A stretch of DNA of 64,000 bases from Gammaproteobacteria bacterium (GCA_013695765.1 JACCZW010000062.1:6665-70664); one strand, 5' to 3'. Shown: positions 1 to 11,023, counted from the first letter of the stretch. Notes: generated by a model from the sequence alone, not told the origin. Made by a program: numbers and translations.

Positions 1-180
1 GGGTGGTGCGCAACTCGTCGTCCTGGGCATTATCTGTGGGACGCGCTGAATCAGGGTGTCGCGGATTTTCTCGCCGGCATCAGCCTTGCCGATCTGATGA
101 CGCGGGAACATGTGTTCGGCGCCCTTCCGCGCGCGAGCAAACCCAGGCTGCGCGCCGTGCCCAGCCCGGCATTGAAATGA
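1..180 (+). CDS. 3' end of an upstream gene, product unknown (frame 1 reads protein-like ...WDALNQGVADFLAGISLADLMTREHVFGALP..., stop at 178-180)
   Basis: Open protein-like frame entering from the left edge. No start codon inside the window and no family recognised. Confidence 0.25.
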   Translation, partial: GWCATRRPGHYLWDALNQGVADFLAGISLADLMTREHVFGALPRASKPRLRAVPSPALK

Positions 181-340
181 CAGTGTCCACGAGTGCCAGG
201 CATCGTGCGCGATCGTTCCTGAAACCAGTGGCGCCGGCAAATGTCCATATAAACCTGAATATTGCGAGTTCATTAAGTGGCTTGGAACCATAAGCCCTGC
301 ATGCACGGCCAGCAGGCGCATTAACTGAGGTATCGAAACG

Positions 341-664
341 ATGGCGATTACACTTACCGAAGCGGCGGCCAGCCGTGTCAGACGTTATATCGAGAAGCGG
401 GGAAAAGGCGTGGGCTTGCGAGTTGGCGTCAAGAAAACCGGCTGCTCGGGCCTTGCCTACGTAGTCGATTACGCGGACGACGTGCGAGCGGGCGATACGG
501 TGTTCGAAGACAAGGGCATCAAGGTGGTCATCAATCCTGATAGTGTGAGCTACCTCGAGGGAGCGGTCGTGGATTTCGCACGGGAAGGTTTCAACGAGAG
601 CTTCAGGTTTACGAATCCAAACGAAAAAGATCGATGCGGCTGCGGCGAAAGCTTTCACGTCTGA
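341..664 (+). CDS. erpA: Iron-sulfur cluster insertion protein, HesB/IscA/ErpA family
   Basis: 107 aa, ends with the CGCGESFxV motif typical of A-type Fe-S carriers. Stand-alone (not in an isc operon), which favours ErpA. Confidence 0.8.
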   Translation: MAITLTEAAASRVRRYIEKRGKGVGLRVGVKKTGCSGLAYVVDYADDVRAGDTVFEDKGIKVVINPDSVSYLEGAVVDFAREGFNESFRFTNPNEKDRCGCGESFHV

Positions 665-927
665 TCCCGCGAGCCGGCGCTACTGGCTAAAGATAACCGG
701 TCGCGCGATAAAGTCAAAAACGCCCGTAAGCGACCGAGCATGCGCCCGCGCGCCGGTTACAACGTCGGCGCAAAACTAAAGATAAGGATTCGCTGCGGGA
801 GCGCGTACGGGCGTTCTCTATAAACTTCTTGCAAGATTAGCGTTTGTACGATAAGACCCCGTTGTAACAATAAAAAACTCGCTTAAAACTATCGTTTTCA
901 CACCGCTGGATTCCGTGGAGTCAATGC

Positions 928-1356
928 ATGTCCGAACAAACCCTTTCCATCATCAAGCCCGACGCCATCGCCGCCAATGCAATCGGTGAAATTTACAGCC
1001 GCTTCGAACGCGCCGGTCTGCGCGTGGTCGCGGCCAGAATGCTGCACCTGGGTCGCGAACAGGCCGAAGGTTTTTATGCGGTCCACAGCAGGCGACCGTT
1101 TTTTAAGGACCTGGTGGACTTCATGACGTCGGGGCCGGTGATGGTACAGGTGCTGGAAGGGAATAACGCGGTTGCCAAACATCGCGAAGTGATGGGGGCC
1201 ACCAATCCGAAGGACGCCGCGCCTGGCACCATCCGCGCGGACTTGGCTAACAGCATCGAAGAAAATGCGGTGCATGGATCGGACGCCGCGGATACCGCAC
1301 GCACGGAGATCGATTTCTTCTTCGATCAAGCGGATATATGCCGGCGCACGCGGTGA
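928..1356 (+). CDS. ndk: Nucleoside diphosphate kinase
   Basis: Full-length Ndk signature (SIIKPDA..., NAVHGSD, C-terminal ...EIDFFF...CRRTR comparable to the E. coli ...CPRTR tail). Confidence 0.95.
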   Translation: MSEQTLSIIKPDAIAANAIGEIYSRFERAGLRVVAARMLHLGREQAEGFYAVHSRRPFFKDLVDFMTSGPVMVQVLEGNNAVAKHREVMGATNPKDAAPGTIRADLANSIEENAVHGSDAADTARTEIDFFFDQADICRRTR

Positions 1357-2510
1357 GCCCTTTCGTGGACCTCTTGGCAGACAAACCGCAGGTCAGCAAG
1401 CTGAACCTGCTGGGCCTGCCACGCGCGCGCCTGGAAGAATTTTTTAAGCGATTTAACGAACCAGCGTTTCGGGCCACACAGCTCGTCAAGTGGGTGCATC
1501 GCCAGGGCGTGACCGACTTTGACGCCATGACGGACCTGAGCTTGAAGCTTCGCGCGCAGCTGCGTGAAACAGGGGAGATCGTGACCCCCGCATGCGTCAC
1601 CGAGCAGGCGTCCGCCGATGGCACCATCAAATGGCTGCTGCGGCTCGATGACGCGAACGCGATCGAGACTGTGTTTATTCCCGAACCCGGCCGTGGCACC
1701 TTGTGCATCTCGTCGCAGGTCGGTTGCGCGCTGGATTGCACATTCTGTTCGACTGCGCGCCAAGGCTTCAATCGCAATTTAAGCGCCGCCGAAATCGTCG
1801 GCCAGTTGTGGTTCGCCCGGCGAGCATTGCAGGGGCGGCCGGGGTACGAGGCCGGCGTGACTAATATCGTATTGATGGGCATGGGCGAGCCGCTGCTCAA
1901 CCTGGATAACGTGGTCGACGCGATGCACCTGATGATTGACGACCACGCCTACGGTCTGGGCAAACGCAAGGTCACCTTGAGCACCTCGGGCGTGGTGCCC
2001 GCGCTGGACAAATTAAAGGACCGCATCGACGTGAGCCTGGCCGTGTCGCTGCACGCGCCGGAAGATGCGCTGCGCGATCGGCTGGTGCCGCTAAACCGCA
2101 AATATCCGATTCATACGTTGCTGGCGGCCTGTCGGCGATACATCAAAGATAAAGACCGCAAAGCGGTCGTGACTTTCGAATACGTGATGCTGGACGGCAT
2201 CAACGATTCGCAAACGCAGGCCGGGCAGTTGGCGCGCCTGTTGCGCGATATCCCGGCCAAGGTCAATCTCATTCCGTTCAATCCTTTTCCCGCCGCACTT
2301 TACCGGCGTTCCGGTGACGCCGCCATCGATCGTTTTCGTGATGTGCTTCAACGCCACGGTATAGTGACCGTCACGCGCCGCACGCGCGGCGGCGACATCG
2401 ACGCAGCTTGCGGACAACTAGCCGGCCGTGTCCAGGATCGCAGCCATCGACAACAACATTTCATCCGGCTGGCTGCGCGGATCGGCCGCGAGCAGGGCGC
2501 GACCGCATGA
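1338..2510 (+). CDS. rlmN: 23S rRNA m2A2503 / tRNA m2A37 methyltransferase RlmN (radical SAM)
   Basis: Collinear match to RlmN including [10 protein letters not shown] radical-SAM cysteines, GMGEPLLN and [11 protein letters not shown]. Overlaps the ndk 3' end, as in Pseudomonas. Confidence 0.95.
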   Translation: MPAHAVSPFVDLLADKPQVSKLNLLGLPRARLEEFFKRFNEPAFRATQLVKWVHRQGVTDFDAMTDLSLKLRAQLRETGEIVTPACVTEQASADGTIKWLLRLDDANAIETVFIPEPGRGTLCISSQVGCALDCTFCSTARQGFNRNLSAAEIVGQLWFARRALQGRPGYEAGVTNIVLMGMGEPLLNLDNVVDAMHLMIDDHAYGLGKRKVTLSTSGVVPALDKLKDRIDVSLAVSLHAPEDALRDRLVPLNRKYPIHTLLAACRRYIKDKDRKAVVTFEYVMLDGINDSQTQAGQLARLLRDIPAKVNLIPFNPFPAALYRRSGDAAIDRFRDVLQRHGIVTVTRRTRGGDIDAACGQLAGRVQDRSHRQQHFIRLAARIGREQGATA

Positions 2511-3280
2511 TGCATGTGGTGGGCGCGGTAGTGTTGGCGGCGGCGGTGCTGGTGATCGGCGCCTGCGCCTCCACGGGCTCCGGGTCAGACGACGACGTGG
2601 AGCCCAACGAGGAGACGGCCCCCATCAATGTAAGCCTCGGCGCGCAGTATCTGAGCCAGGGTGAACTCAACATCGCCAACATGAAACTTCAGCGCGCGCT
2701 GGAACAGGACCCCAATCTCGCCACCGCGCACTGGACGTATGCGCTGTTGCAGATGCGCCTTAACCGCGCCGACCTGGCGGAGCAGCACTTTATTCGCGCG
2801 CTTGCCCTCGATCCGAAAGATTCCCTGGCGCATAACGCCTACGGTACTTTTCTGTGCGACAGGGGCCGGCTGCCGGAAGCGCAGGCGGAGTTCGACAAGG
2901 CGCTGGACGATCCGCTCTACGAGCAGCCGGAGACCGCGCTCACCAACGTCGGCGTTTGCGCGCTTAAAGGCTCGGATGAAAAACAGGCCGAAGACGCCTT
3001 TCGCCGGGCGCTGGCCAGAAATGCCACGTTCATCCCCGCGCTCTACGAGATGGTGCGGTTGACCTACGACCAGCAGCGCTATGCGCAGACCCGGCAATTC
3101 CTCGACCGGTACGCGCAGACGGCCGGCCACACCGCGCATACGCTGTTGCTCGCGGTACGGACCGAGACCGGACTGGGCAACCGCGATGCCGCCCGCGCCT
3201 ATGCGGCACGTCTGCAACAGGATTATCCAGAGTCCCGGCAAGCCGCCCGCGTGGCCAAGATGCAACGACATGGCATCTGA
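2507..3280 (+). CDS. pilF: Type IV pilus biogenesis/stability TPR lipoprotein PilF (PilW)
   Basis: Signal peptide with lipobox (VIGAC), TPR repeats. Conserved position between rlmN and rodZ. ATGA overlap with the rlmN stop. Confidence 0.8.
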   Translation: MMHVVGAVVLAAAVLVIGACASTGSGSDDDVEPNEETAPINVSLGAQYLSQGELNIANMKLQRALEQDPNLATAHWTYALLQMRLNRADLAEQHFIRALALDPKDSLAHNAYGTFLCDRGRLPEAQAEFDKALDDPLYEQPETALTNVGVCALKGSDEKQAEDAFRRALARNATFIPALYEMVRLTYDQQRYAQTRQFLDRYAQTAGHTAHTLLLAVRTETGLGNRDAARAYAARLQQDYPESRQAARVAKMQRHGI

Positions 3281-4408
3281 GCCGGCGCCAACCCCGAGCG
3301 ATACGAAAATAGTCGCGCTTCGGCCCGCCGGCGCGGGTGAGACGCTCAAGGCGGCGCGCGAGCGCCTTGGCATGAGCTTGGAGCACGCGACCAAATTGTT
3401 ATGCCTGCGGAAACAGATCGTCGTCGCGCTGGAAGAAGAGGATCACGAGGCACTGCCGGCGCCTGCGTACGTCAAGGGCTATCTGCGCATTTATGCCCGC
3501 GTGCTGGAGATCGACGAGCAAAAGATCATCGAAAAATACCAGGCGCTCGGTGTCCGCGACCACGATCTGAGCGTGGTCGAACCGGTCCACGAAGGTGCGC
3601 CGAATACCAATTCCGTGGGGCTTAGCGCCACCGCAGTCGCACTGGTGTCCGTGGTACTGTCCGCGCTGTGGTGGGGCACGCAGCAGCGTGAAATTGCAAG
3701 AGAGGCGAGCATCGACCACGCGGCGCTGGCCGCGCGCGAATCGCGAGCGATGAGTCGCGCCGGGACTCGTGAGCGGTCGGCGTCGGCAGGGCCGCGCCAA
3801 TTCGGGCGCGATCCGGTGGCGGGCAATCGCGCCGCGGACGAGACCCGTATGGCTGGAAGTCGGTTTAGAGGTCAGCACCAGAATCGCACTGTCGCTGGTA
3901 AGAATAAGCTCAGCGGCGATCGGCAAATGACTATCGGCCGCAATGCCGCCCTGCCGCGTGAATTATATGCCGCGAGTCTGGAATCGCCCGCGGCGTTGCC
4001 TGGTCCGGATACCGGATTGAGCGGTAACCAGGCAATACCGGATTCAGCCAGGCCGCGGGCACCTGCCTCCGCCGGGGCTACGACGGCCGCCGCCACCCAG
4101 ACAACAACGCAGCGCCGACGGATGAAGGCGCGGATACCCGTACCGCCGATGCGGGTGATCGTCTCGCCCTGCACTATCTAGACGACTCCTGGACGGAAGT
4201 CAGGGACGCCAGTGGCAAACAGCTTATGTACGGCATGGTTTTGGCCGGCGAGTCGCACAGCGTGGCCGGCGAGGCGCCGTTCGAAGTGCTGCTGGGTCGT
4301 GCTCCGAGCGTACAGGTCACTATCAACGACGAAGCGTTCGACGCGTCGCCTTATGTGCGCCCCAACGAGACAGCGCGGTTTACCGTCGATACCCGCGCCG
4401 GCCAGTAA
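3270..4408 (+). pseudogene. rodZ: RodZ-like cytoskeleton protein (HTH, TM helix, linker, C-terminal DUF4115) with an interrupted frame. The N-terminal 3270..4181 is in frame 0; the C-terminal DUF4115 domain is in frame +2, open from 4028 to 4408.
   Basis: N-terminal XRE-type HTH (LGMSLEHATKLLCLRKQIVVALE), TM segment (AVALVSVVLSALWWG), and a C-terminal ...[60 protein letters not shown]... DUF4115 signature in a different frame. Total length is not a multiple of 3. Confidence 0.7.
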
Positions 4409-4461
4409 GCTCTGAGCCCGTAAACCTCGAGCCACTAACCCTAGCCATTAAACTACAGGGC

Positions 4462-5751
4462 ATGCCCAAACGCATTCAGTCGATCCGCGGCATGCACGAT
4501 ATTCTGCCCGCGCGCAGCCGCGCCTGGCAGCATCTTGACGCCACCTTCGGGCAATGTTTCGCGGCGTATGGTTATCACGAGATTCGGCTGCCGATCGTGG
4601 AACCCACCGAACTGTTCGCGCGTTCCATCGGCGAGGTCACTGACATCGTCGAAAAGGAGATGTACACCTTCGAGGATCGCAATGGCGACAGCCTGACCTT
4701 GCGGCCCGAAGGTACGGCCAGTTGTGCGCGCGCCGGTATCGAACACGGGTTGCTGCACAACCAGCAGCAGCGCCTTTGGTATGCAGGCCCCATGTTCCGG
4801 CACGAGCGCCCGCAGAAAGGGCGTTATCGTCAGTTTCATCAGGCCGGCGCGGAGACCTTCGGCATGGCGGGGCCGGACATCGACGCCGAACTCATCGTGA
4901 TGAGCGCGCGTCTGTGGCGCCGCCTGGGTCTTGAGAATCTGCGTCTGGAGATCAACTCGCTGGGCAGCAGCGCGGCGCGCGCGGCGTATCGCGAGCATCT
5001 GGTCGAATATCTTTCGGCTCACGAGCCACGGCTGGACACCGAATCCAGACGCCGGCTGGATGAAAATCCGTTACGTGTGCTGGACAGCAAGAACCCGGAG
5101 TTGCGCGAGATAATCGCCGGCGCGCCCAGTCTGCTGAATGCGCTGGATGACGAGTCCGCCGCGCATTTCGAACAGTTGCGCGACTTGCTAGATGGCGTTG
5201 GCATCGTTTATAAGACAAACCCGCGGCTGGTGCGTGGACTGGATTATTATTCGCGCACGGTGTTCGAATGGATATCCGACGATCTGGGCGCGCAAGGTAC
5301 CGTGTGCGCGGGCGGACGTTACGATGGCCTGGTCGAGCAGTTGGGCGGCCGCGCGACACCTGCGGCCGGCTTCGCCATGGGTCTGGAGCGTATTCTCGAT
5401 CTCATGGATACGCAGTCTCTCGCGCCCGAAATGCCGGATGTTTACTTCTGTGTGGTCGGGTCGGCGGCGGCGCGTGCGGGTCTGGCGCTGGCCGAACGGC
5501 TGCGTGACGAGTTGCCGGATATGCGGCTGATCGTCAATGCCGGCGACGCAAGCCTGAGAGCGCAGCTCAGGCGCGCCGACAAGGCTGGCGCGCGGCTGGC
5601 GTTGATTCTCGGCGAAGACGAAATGGCCGCGAACACCGTGGCGGTCAAGTATCTGCGGGAAAATCAGGCGCAGCAGTCAGTGGCGCTTGGCGAATCACCG
5701 GGTGTGCTACGGCACGCGCTCGCAAGCGCTGTGCCTCTCATTAAACAATAG
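4462..5751 (+). CDS. hisS: Histidine--tRNA ligase
   Basis: Class II aaRS motifs ([30 protein letters not shown]), 429 aa. Confidence 0.95.
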   Translation: MPKRIQSIRGMHDILPARSRAWQHLDATFGQCFAAYGYHEIRLPIVEPTELFARSIGEVTDIVEKEMYTFEDRNGDSLTLRPEGTASCARAGIEHGLLHNQQQRLWYAGPMFRHERPQKGRYRQFHQAGAETFGMAGPDIDAELIVMSARLWRRLGLENLRLEINSLGSSAARAAYREHLVEYLSAHEPRLDTESRRRLDENPLRVLDSKNPELREIIAGAPSLLNALDDESAAHFEQLRDLLDGVGIVYKTNPRLVRGLDYYSRTVFEWISDDLGAQGTVCAGGRYDGLVEQLGGRATPAAGFAMGLERILDLMDTQSLAPEMPDVYFCVVGSAAARAGLALAERLRDELPDMRLIVNAGDASLRAQLRRADKAGARLALILGEDEMAANTVAVKYLRENQAQQSVALGESPGVLRHALASAVPLIKQ

Positions 5752-5773
5752 AATTAGCGTTCAGGAGCAATCG

Positions 5774-6412
5774 TTGGCTTCATATCATGGCGATGAGGAA
5801 CAGGTCGAAGCGCTGAAGCGCTGGTGGAGTGAAAACGGGCGTTCGGTCGTGGCCGGCGTCATCATCGGCGTCGGCGCGCTTGTCGGCTGGCGTAGCTGGA
5901 TCGCGTATCAGGACGGCCAGGCCAATGCGGCATCCGTACATTACGCGCAGTTGCGCGCGGCTGTGCTAGGCGACGACGCGCAGGCGATCGAGACGACCAC
6001 CAGGGTTCTGCAGGAGACTTATCCTTCCACGCCATACGCCGCACTGGCGGCGCTATCGCTGGCCAAGGTCAAAGCCGAGGCCGGCGATCTGGATGCTTCT
6101 GCCGCGCAGTTGCGCTGGGCGGCCGAGCACAGTTCCCAGGAAGTGGTTCAGACCATCGCTAACCTGAGGCTCGCGCGGGTGCGGGTGGCGCAAGGCGATA
6201 ACGACGCCGCACTGACCCTCGTCAAGGGCGACTTCCCGGCCCCGTATACATCGCTGGTCGAAGAGATTCGCGGCGATGCTTATGTAGCCAAAGGCGACCT
6301 CGACGCGGCCAGAGAAGCGTACGATCGCGCGCTGGCGGCGGCGGCCGGCGATACCGAATACCTGCGCATGAAGCGCACGAATCTGGGTCAGGCGCCGGAG
6401 TCCGCGTCATGA
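5774..6412 (+). CDS. yfgM: YfgM-family TPR membrane protein (ancillary SecYEG/periplasmic chaperone partner)
   Basis: DEEQVEALKRWWSENG followed by a TM helix, as at the E. coli YfgM N-terminus. Probable TTG start at 5774 after AGGAGC. Conserved hisS-yfgM-bamB-der order. Confidence 0.8.
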   Translation: MASYHGDEEQVEALKRWWSENGRSVVAGVIIGVGALVGWRSWIAYQDGQANAASVHYAQLRAAVLGDDAQAIETTTRVLQETYPSTPYAALAALSLAKVKAEAGDLDASAAQLRWAAEHSSQEVVQTIANLRLARVRVAQGDNDAALTLVKGDFPAPYTSLVEEIRGDAYVAKGDLDAAREAYDRALAAAAGDTEYLRMKRTNLGQAPESAS

Positions 6413-7680
6413 CTGGCGGTAAGGGATTGCGGTGGCTTCAGTGCGCGCCACGCCGCGCGACCTTGCTGTCCATCATCCTCGCCACCGCCTGCGGCACGGT
6501 GGAAGAGACGCGCGTGCCCGCCGAACTCGGCCAAGTAAATTCCACGCTATCTGTCGAAGACAAGTGGTATCAATCGGCCGGCGGCGGTGTGGACGAGCGT
6601 TATCTGAAGCTCCAGCCCGCGCTGGCGCGCGACAGGATATACGTCGTCGACGCGAAAGGAACGGTGACCGCCTTGCGCGTCGGCGATGGCGAGCCGATCT
6701 GGGAAGTAGCCTCGGACGACGGCGTTATAGCGGGTCTGCAACACGGCGACGGGCTGCTGTTTCTGGGCACCGAAGATGGTGCTGCGATCGCGCTGCGGCA
6801 GCGCGGCGGCACGGAGGTCTGGCGCAAACAGCTAGGCGCCGAGGTCATGGCGCTGTCCGAACCCGATCTGGGCGTCATCGTGGTGCGCACCGCTGACAGC
6901 CGTCTGCACGGTCTGGACGTCGCCAGTGGCGAGATACTCTGGCAGACCGGGCGCACGACGCCGGTGCTGAATCTGCGTGGCGTCAGCCGCCCGTCGATGG
7001 ACAGCGGCCGCGTGGTGGTGGGATTCGATGACGGCAAGCTCGTGGCGGTGTCGGCCGATCGCGGCAACGTGCTGTGGACGACAACCATATCCAATCCCAC
7101 CGGCAGCTCCGAGTTGGAGCGGCTGACGGACATCGACGGCGAGATCAAGGTGCTCGACGGCATCGTGTATGTTGCGAGCTTTCAGGGTAGAGTCGCGGCG
7201 GTAACTTTGAGCGAGGGGCGCACCCTGTGGTCTCGCGAGATCTCGTCGCACATGGGCCTGGACGTGGATGCGGAGAATGTTTACATCACGGATGCGGACA
7301 GTTATATCTGGGCGCTGGACCGCATCAGCGGCGCGACCTTGTGGAAGCAGGACAATCTGGAATACCGGGAGGTGACCGCGCCGGTCGCCATCGACGACTA
7401 TCTGCTGGTCGGCGATCTCGAAGGCTATGTGCACTGGCTGTCCAGATACGACGGCCGCTTCGTCGCGCGCACCCCGATCGCCAGTGCGGGCATCCTGTCC
7501 ACACCGCTCGTACACAACGAGACCGCCTACGTGCTGGACCGCGGCGGGCTGGTTGCAGCGCTGCAAATTGCGCAACAGCAACAGCAGACGGCAGCCGATA
7601 AGTCTCGAGGTGAAAACGACGATCTGGAATCGCTTGAGCTGGAGCCGTTCCCTAAGGACGGCGCGTCATCGCCGCCGTAA
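6409..7680 (+). CDS. bamB: Outer membrane protein assembly factor BamB (PQQ-repeat beta-propeller lipoprotein)
   Basis: Lipobox (LATAC), repeated PQQ-like beta-propeller blades, conserved position. ATGA overlap with yfgM. Confidence 0.9.
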   Translation: MTGGKGLRWLQCAPRRATLLSIILATACGTVEETRVPAELGQVNSTLSVEDKWYQSAGGGVDERYLKLQPALARDRIYVVDAKGTVTALRVGDGEPIWEVASDDGVIAGLQHGDGLLFLGTEDGAAIALRQRGGTEVWRKQLGAEVMALSEPDLGVIVVRTADSRLHGLDVASGEILWQTGRTTPVLNLRGVSRPSMDSGRVVVGFDDGKLVAVSADRGNVLWTTTISNPTGSSELERLTDIDGEIKVLDGIVYVASFQGRVAAVTLSEGRTLWSREISSHMGLDVDAENVYITDADSYIWALDRISGATLWKQDNLEYREVTAPVAIDDYLLVGDLEGYVHWLSRYDGRFVARTPIASAGILSTPLVHNETAYVLDRGGLVAALQIAQQQQQTAADKSRGENDDLESLELEPFPKDGASSPP

Positions 7681-7749
7681 TCGCGGCGCACCGCGAAGCA
7701 GGGGGCCGATGACGGCGGGGCCGCGTGATACAAGCAACGGAGCGCGGTC

Positions 7750-9168
7750 ATGAGACCCCCACACATCAGACCCACGGTCGCACTGGTCGGGCGTCCGAAC
7801 GTCGGCAAGTCAACCCTGTTCAACCAGCTTACGCGCACGCGCGACGCCCTGGTGGCGGATGCGCCCGGCCTCACGCGTGATCGCAATTATGGTCTCGCGT
7901 CGCTGGGTTCGCGCCAATGCTGGTTGATCGATACCGGCGGACTCGAAGGCGAACGCGAGGCGCTGGATAAAGCCGTCACGGAACAAACGCTGCTAGCGGT
8001 GAAAGCGGCGGATGCGGTGGTGCTGCTGGTGGACGCGCGGGCGGGGCTGACGGCCGCCGACGAAAACATCGCCAGCCAGCTTAAAAAAACGGGCCGCCCG
8101 TTGCTGATCGCGGTCAACAAGGTCGATGGTCTGGACGCCGCACAGGTCAGCGCTGAATTTCACCGTCTCGGCATCGCGCCGCTGATCGCGATCGCGGCAG
8201 TCCACCGGCATGGTCTGGCGATGCTGACGGCGGCCATTCTCGCGAATTTCGCGCTCGGTGAGGATGACGATGACGCGCAGCGCGTGGATGGGGCCTATGA
8301 CGGTCTGCGCATCGCGCTGATCGGCAGACCCAACGTGGGCAAGTCCACCCTGGTCAACCGCCTGCTCGGCGAACAGCGGGTGCTGACCTCGCCGGAGCCC
8401 GGCACCACGCGCGACAGCATCGCGATCCCGTTCGAGCGCGGTGGTCAGCGCTACGTGCTGGCCGATACGGCGGGTGTGCGCCGCCGCAGCCGCATCGAGG
8501 AAACGATCGAGAAGTTCAGCGTGATGAAATCGCTGCAAGCCATTGACTCCGCTCAGGTAGTCGTGGCCGTGCTGGACGCAGAGCAGGGTGTGGCCGAACA
8601 GGACGCGAGCCTGCTGGGGCTGGTTCTGGAATCAGGGCGCGCGCTGGTGATCGCCGTCAACAAATGGGACAGCGTGGATCAGGACGAGCAGCGCTGGGTA
8701 CGGCGCGAGCTGGATCGAAGGCTTAGCTTCGTGGACTTCGCCGACCGTGTCATGATTTCCGCCCTGCACGGCAGCGGGGTGGCTAAATTGATGAATGCCG
8801 TACGGCGCGCGCATGCGTCGGCAATGATCGATGTATCGACCCCGGTCCTGACGCGCCTGCTGGAACAGGCGACCTCAAGCCATCAGCCGCCGCTGGTCGC
8901 GGGCCGACGAATCCGGCTGCGCTACGCTCATCAGGGCGGCAACAATCCGCTGACGCTGGTTATTCACGGCAACCAGACGGGCAAGCTGCCGGGTGCGTAC
9001 AAGCGCTATCTGATGAATTACTTTCGCGAGGCGTTGCGTTTGACCGGCACGCCGGTGCGGCTGGTGTTCAAGACGGGCGAGAATCCCTACGCCGGACGCG
9101 CCGCGGGCGCCCGGGCGCATGATAAAAGCCACGGCCGGCGCTCCGGACGCACCGTAAAACGTGGATAA
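7750..9168 (+). CDS. der: Ribosome-associated GTPase Der (EngA), double GTPase domain
   Basis: Two G-domains each with GRPNVGKST and DTAG motifs, plus a KH-like C-terminal domain. Confidence 0.95.
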   Translation: MRPPHIRPTVALVGRPNVGKSTLFNQLTRTRDALVADAPGLTRDRNYGLASLGSRQCWLIDTGGLEGEREALDKAVTEQTLLAVKAADAVVLLVDARAGLTAADENIASQLKKTGRPLLIAVNKVDGLDAAQVSAEFHRLGIAPLIAIAAVHRHGLAMLTAAILANFALGEDDDDAQRVDGAYDGLRIALIGRPNVGKSTLVNRLLGEQRVLTSPEPGTTRDSIAIPFERGGQRYVLADTAGVRRRSRIEETIEKFSVMKSLQAIDSAQVVVAVLDAEQGVAEQDASLLGLVLESGRALVIAVNKWDSVDQDEQRWVRRELDRRLSFVDFADRVMISALHGSGVAKLMNAVRRAHASAMIDVSTPVLTRLLEQATSSHQPPLVAGRRIRLRYAHQGGNNPLTLVIHGNQTGKLPGAYKRYLMNYFREALRLTGTPVRLVFKTGENPYAGRAAGARAHDKSHGRRSGRTVKRG

Positions 9169-9191
9169 AACCGTAAAACGCGGATAAAAAA

Positions 9192-9215
9192 GGGCCCGCG
9201 AGCGATCGCGGGCCC
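9192..9215. terminator. Bidirectional rho-independent terminator between convergent der and the LamG-SGNH gene
   Basis: Perfect 10-bp GC-rich stem GGGCCCGCGA/TCGCGGGCCC with a GCGA (GNRA) loop. A6 run upstream (a T6 tail on the minus strand) and ttttctt downstream on the plus strand. Confidence 0.55.
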
Positions 9216-9245
9216 GGTGAATTTTCTTGCCTTAACGGTATTTGC

Positions 9246-10798
9246 TTAGTTAAGAATCCCGCTGCCCGCTAGCGACTGGAACCATAGATCGGCCATCGCC
9301 TTATAACCCGCCCCATTAGGGTGGATGTTGTCAGTGAGCTGGCCGGGGTTCTGTTTGAAATAGTTATAAAAATCCGGCGGGGTCACGGTGATGCCATTCG
9401 CCGCTACCAGTTCGTCGATCACCAGGTTGTAATCCTGGATCAGCCGGTCCTGCGACACCGGCGCGTTGACGATGAACGGCACCTTGGCAAGTATCGGAAT
9501 CTTGTTCGACTGCTTGAGGCTGGTGATGATGCGCTGCATGCTGTCCTTGAACGAGCCGCTGTAGCCGCTGGCGCCGGGCAGCAAACCTATGCCGCTGCGA
9601 ATCGGGCGCTTGGAATCGTTGGTGCCGAACATGATCAGCCAGTATTGCGATTCGGTTTGACGCAACTTGGTGGAGTTGATCCGTGAAGCGCCGCCCGCGC
9701 CCCCGGTGCCCGACGTGGTGCCGCCCTGACCTTCGTTTAAAACCGTTACCGGCAGCCCGAGCTGCGCGGTAAGCAGATCGTTGAGGATGGGGGTGAAACC
9801 GTGGCTCACGTTGCGACCATCGGACGAGGCGTCATCGCCGGGGACGTCGTCATTCGTGCCCACCGTAATGCTGTCGCCCATGGCGACGAAATACCGGCCT
9901 CTCGCGCCCACCACCGTATTCGCGTCCTGCGCCAGCGGTGACGGTATGGGGAGGCCGGAGGCATCGACGATAACGGCGCTTACGATGTGATCGCCGGCAG
10001 CGACAGCAGTGAATTTACCCCCGTAAGGCGAGGTCTTGTCGGTGAACGAGAGGCCGTTGTCCAGAGTAAACCGCAGGCCGCCACCGGCGGGTGTACCCTT
10101 GGCGACCGCCGCGACATCAAGTGTGCCGCTGGTTTCCACCGAATAGAAACGGGTCTGGAAACAACCAGTGCAGACGTGGCGCTGGTGGTGTTTACCACGA
10201 CATCGTCGAATACCGCCTGGCCTTGCGAGAACAGGCCCACCGTGCCGGTGGTCAGGCTCGTGTCCTGTGCGCTGAACAGCGCCTCACCGTCAAGGTAAAC
10301 CAGGATACTGCTGCTGCGGACATCGATCTTGACCACGTGCGGCTGGCTGAAATCCGGGCCGCGACCGTCGAAGGCCAGGGTCGTGAATTTGCCGTTAACC
10401 CGCTTCTCCAGTCGGCTGAAGCCCTGATTGCGGTTGATGGTGAAGCGATAGTAATTCTTGTTGTTCGTGTATCTGAACATCACGCCGACGCTGTTGGTGC
10501 TGACCGGCGCCAGACGCACGGTGACTTCGTAATCCGTGAAGTTCAGGCCGTTCTGATTGAACGCGTAACTGCCGCTGTGAAAACTCTGCACGTACCCGCG
10601 TACGTCGTTCGCCTGTCGATAGCCGCCGTTGGCGACCTGCCAGGCCGGCGCGCCAGTGGAGTCATCTACCACCGTCCAGCCATTGGCGTTGCCATCGCTG
10701 AAATTATCGGACAGCAGCGTGGCGCCGTGCGCCGCCAGGCTCGTGAACAGCAAGAAAAAGCCGGCCAGTTTGCCGGTTACATGAAATGTAAAACGCAT
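9246..10798 (-). pseudogene. Secreted LamG/concanavalin-like domain fused to an SGNH/GDSL hydrolase (lipase/esterase), split by a frameshift near 10140-10165
   Basis: ORF 9980..10798 has a signal peptide (LLFTSLAAHGA) and a lectin/glucanase-like beta-sandwich domain, but its last ~60 aa are out-of-frame noise. ORF 9246..10139 carries the GDSL block (FVAMGDSITVG...GQGGTTSG) with no signal peptide of its own. The two overlap by 160 nt in different frames. Confidence 0.6.
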
Positions 10799-11023
10799 GA
10801 GTTACCTCGTGAGTGTCCTTAGTAGTCGATTGTCGGCGTCGGCCTTGCAGGCGCACGGATTTGCCGATCTGATGCCTTCCGTAGCCTGAATCACCCCTTT
10901 CGTCGGGCAATTATAACCGCAAATTCCGCGTGAACTGTGCCGGAATTCACAAATTACTCGCGACAACGCTCGGAAATGGATGCCTTGAAGTTGAATGCAG
11001 TCTGACGCGGCCGCCAAGTCCCG

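Noticed and set aside
824-860. Possible sigma70 promoter for ndk (ttgcaa … tacgat/taagac) in the erpA-ndk spacer
   Set aside because: The -10 candidates are poor matches and the spacing is ambiguous; not supportable from sequence alone.
1338-1356. ndk/rlmN overlap and the pilF/rodZ, yfgM/bamB, rmuC/gph, aroA/cmk overlaps as possible frameshifts
   Set aside because: Both partners are full length with conserved termini; these are the ordinary short overlaps of translationally coupled genes.
80-3394. Many long antisense or overlapping ORFs in the six-frame track (e.g. 80..658 -, 1247..1900 -, 2585..3394 -, 19694..20317 -, 21606..22520 -, 23386..24180 -, 45455..46600 -, 48112..49107 -)
   Set aside because: Typical stop-codon-poor shadow ORFs of a 65% GC genome. 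Each lies opposite or overlapping a well-supported conserved gene and has Arg/Ala/Gly/Pro-biased, low-complexity translations with no recognisable family.
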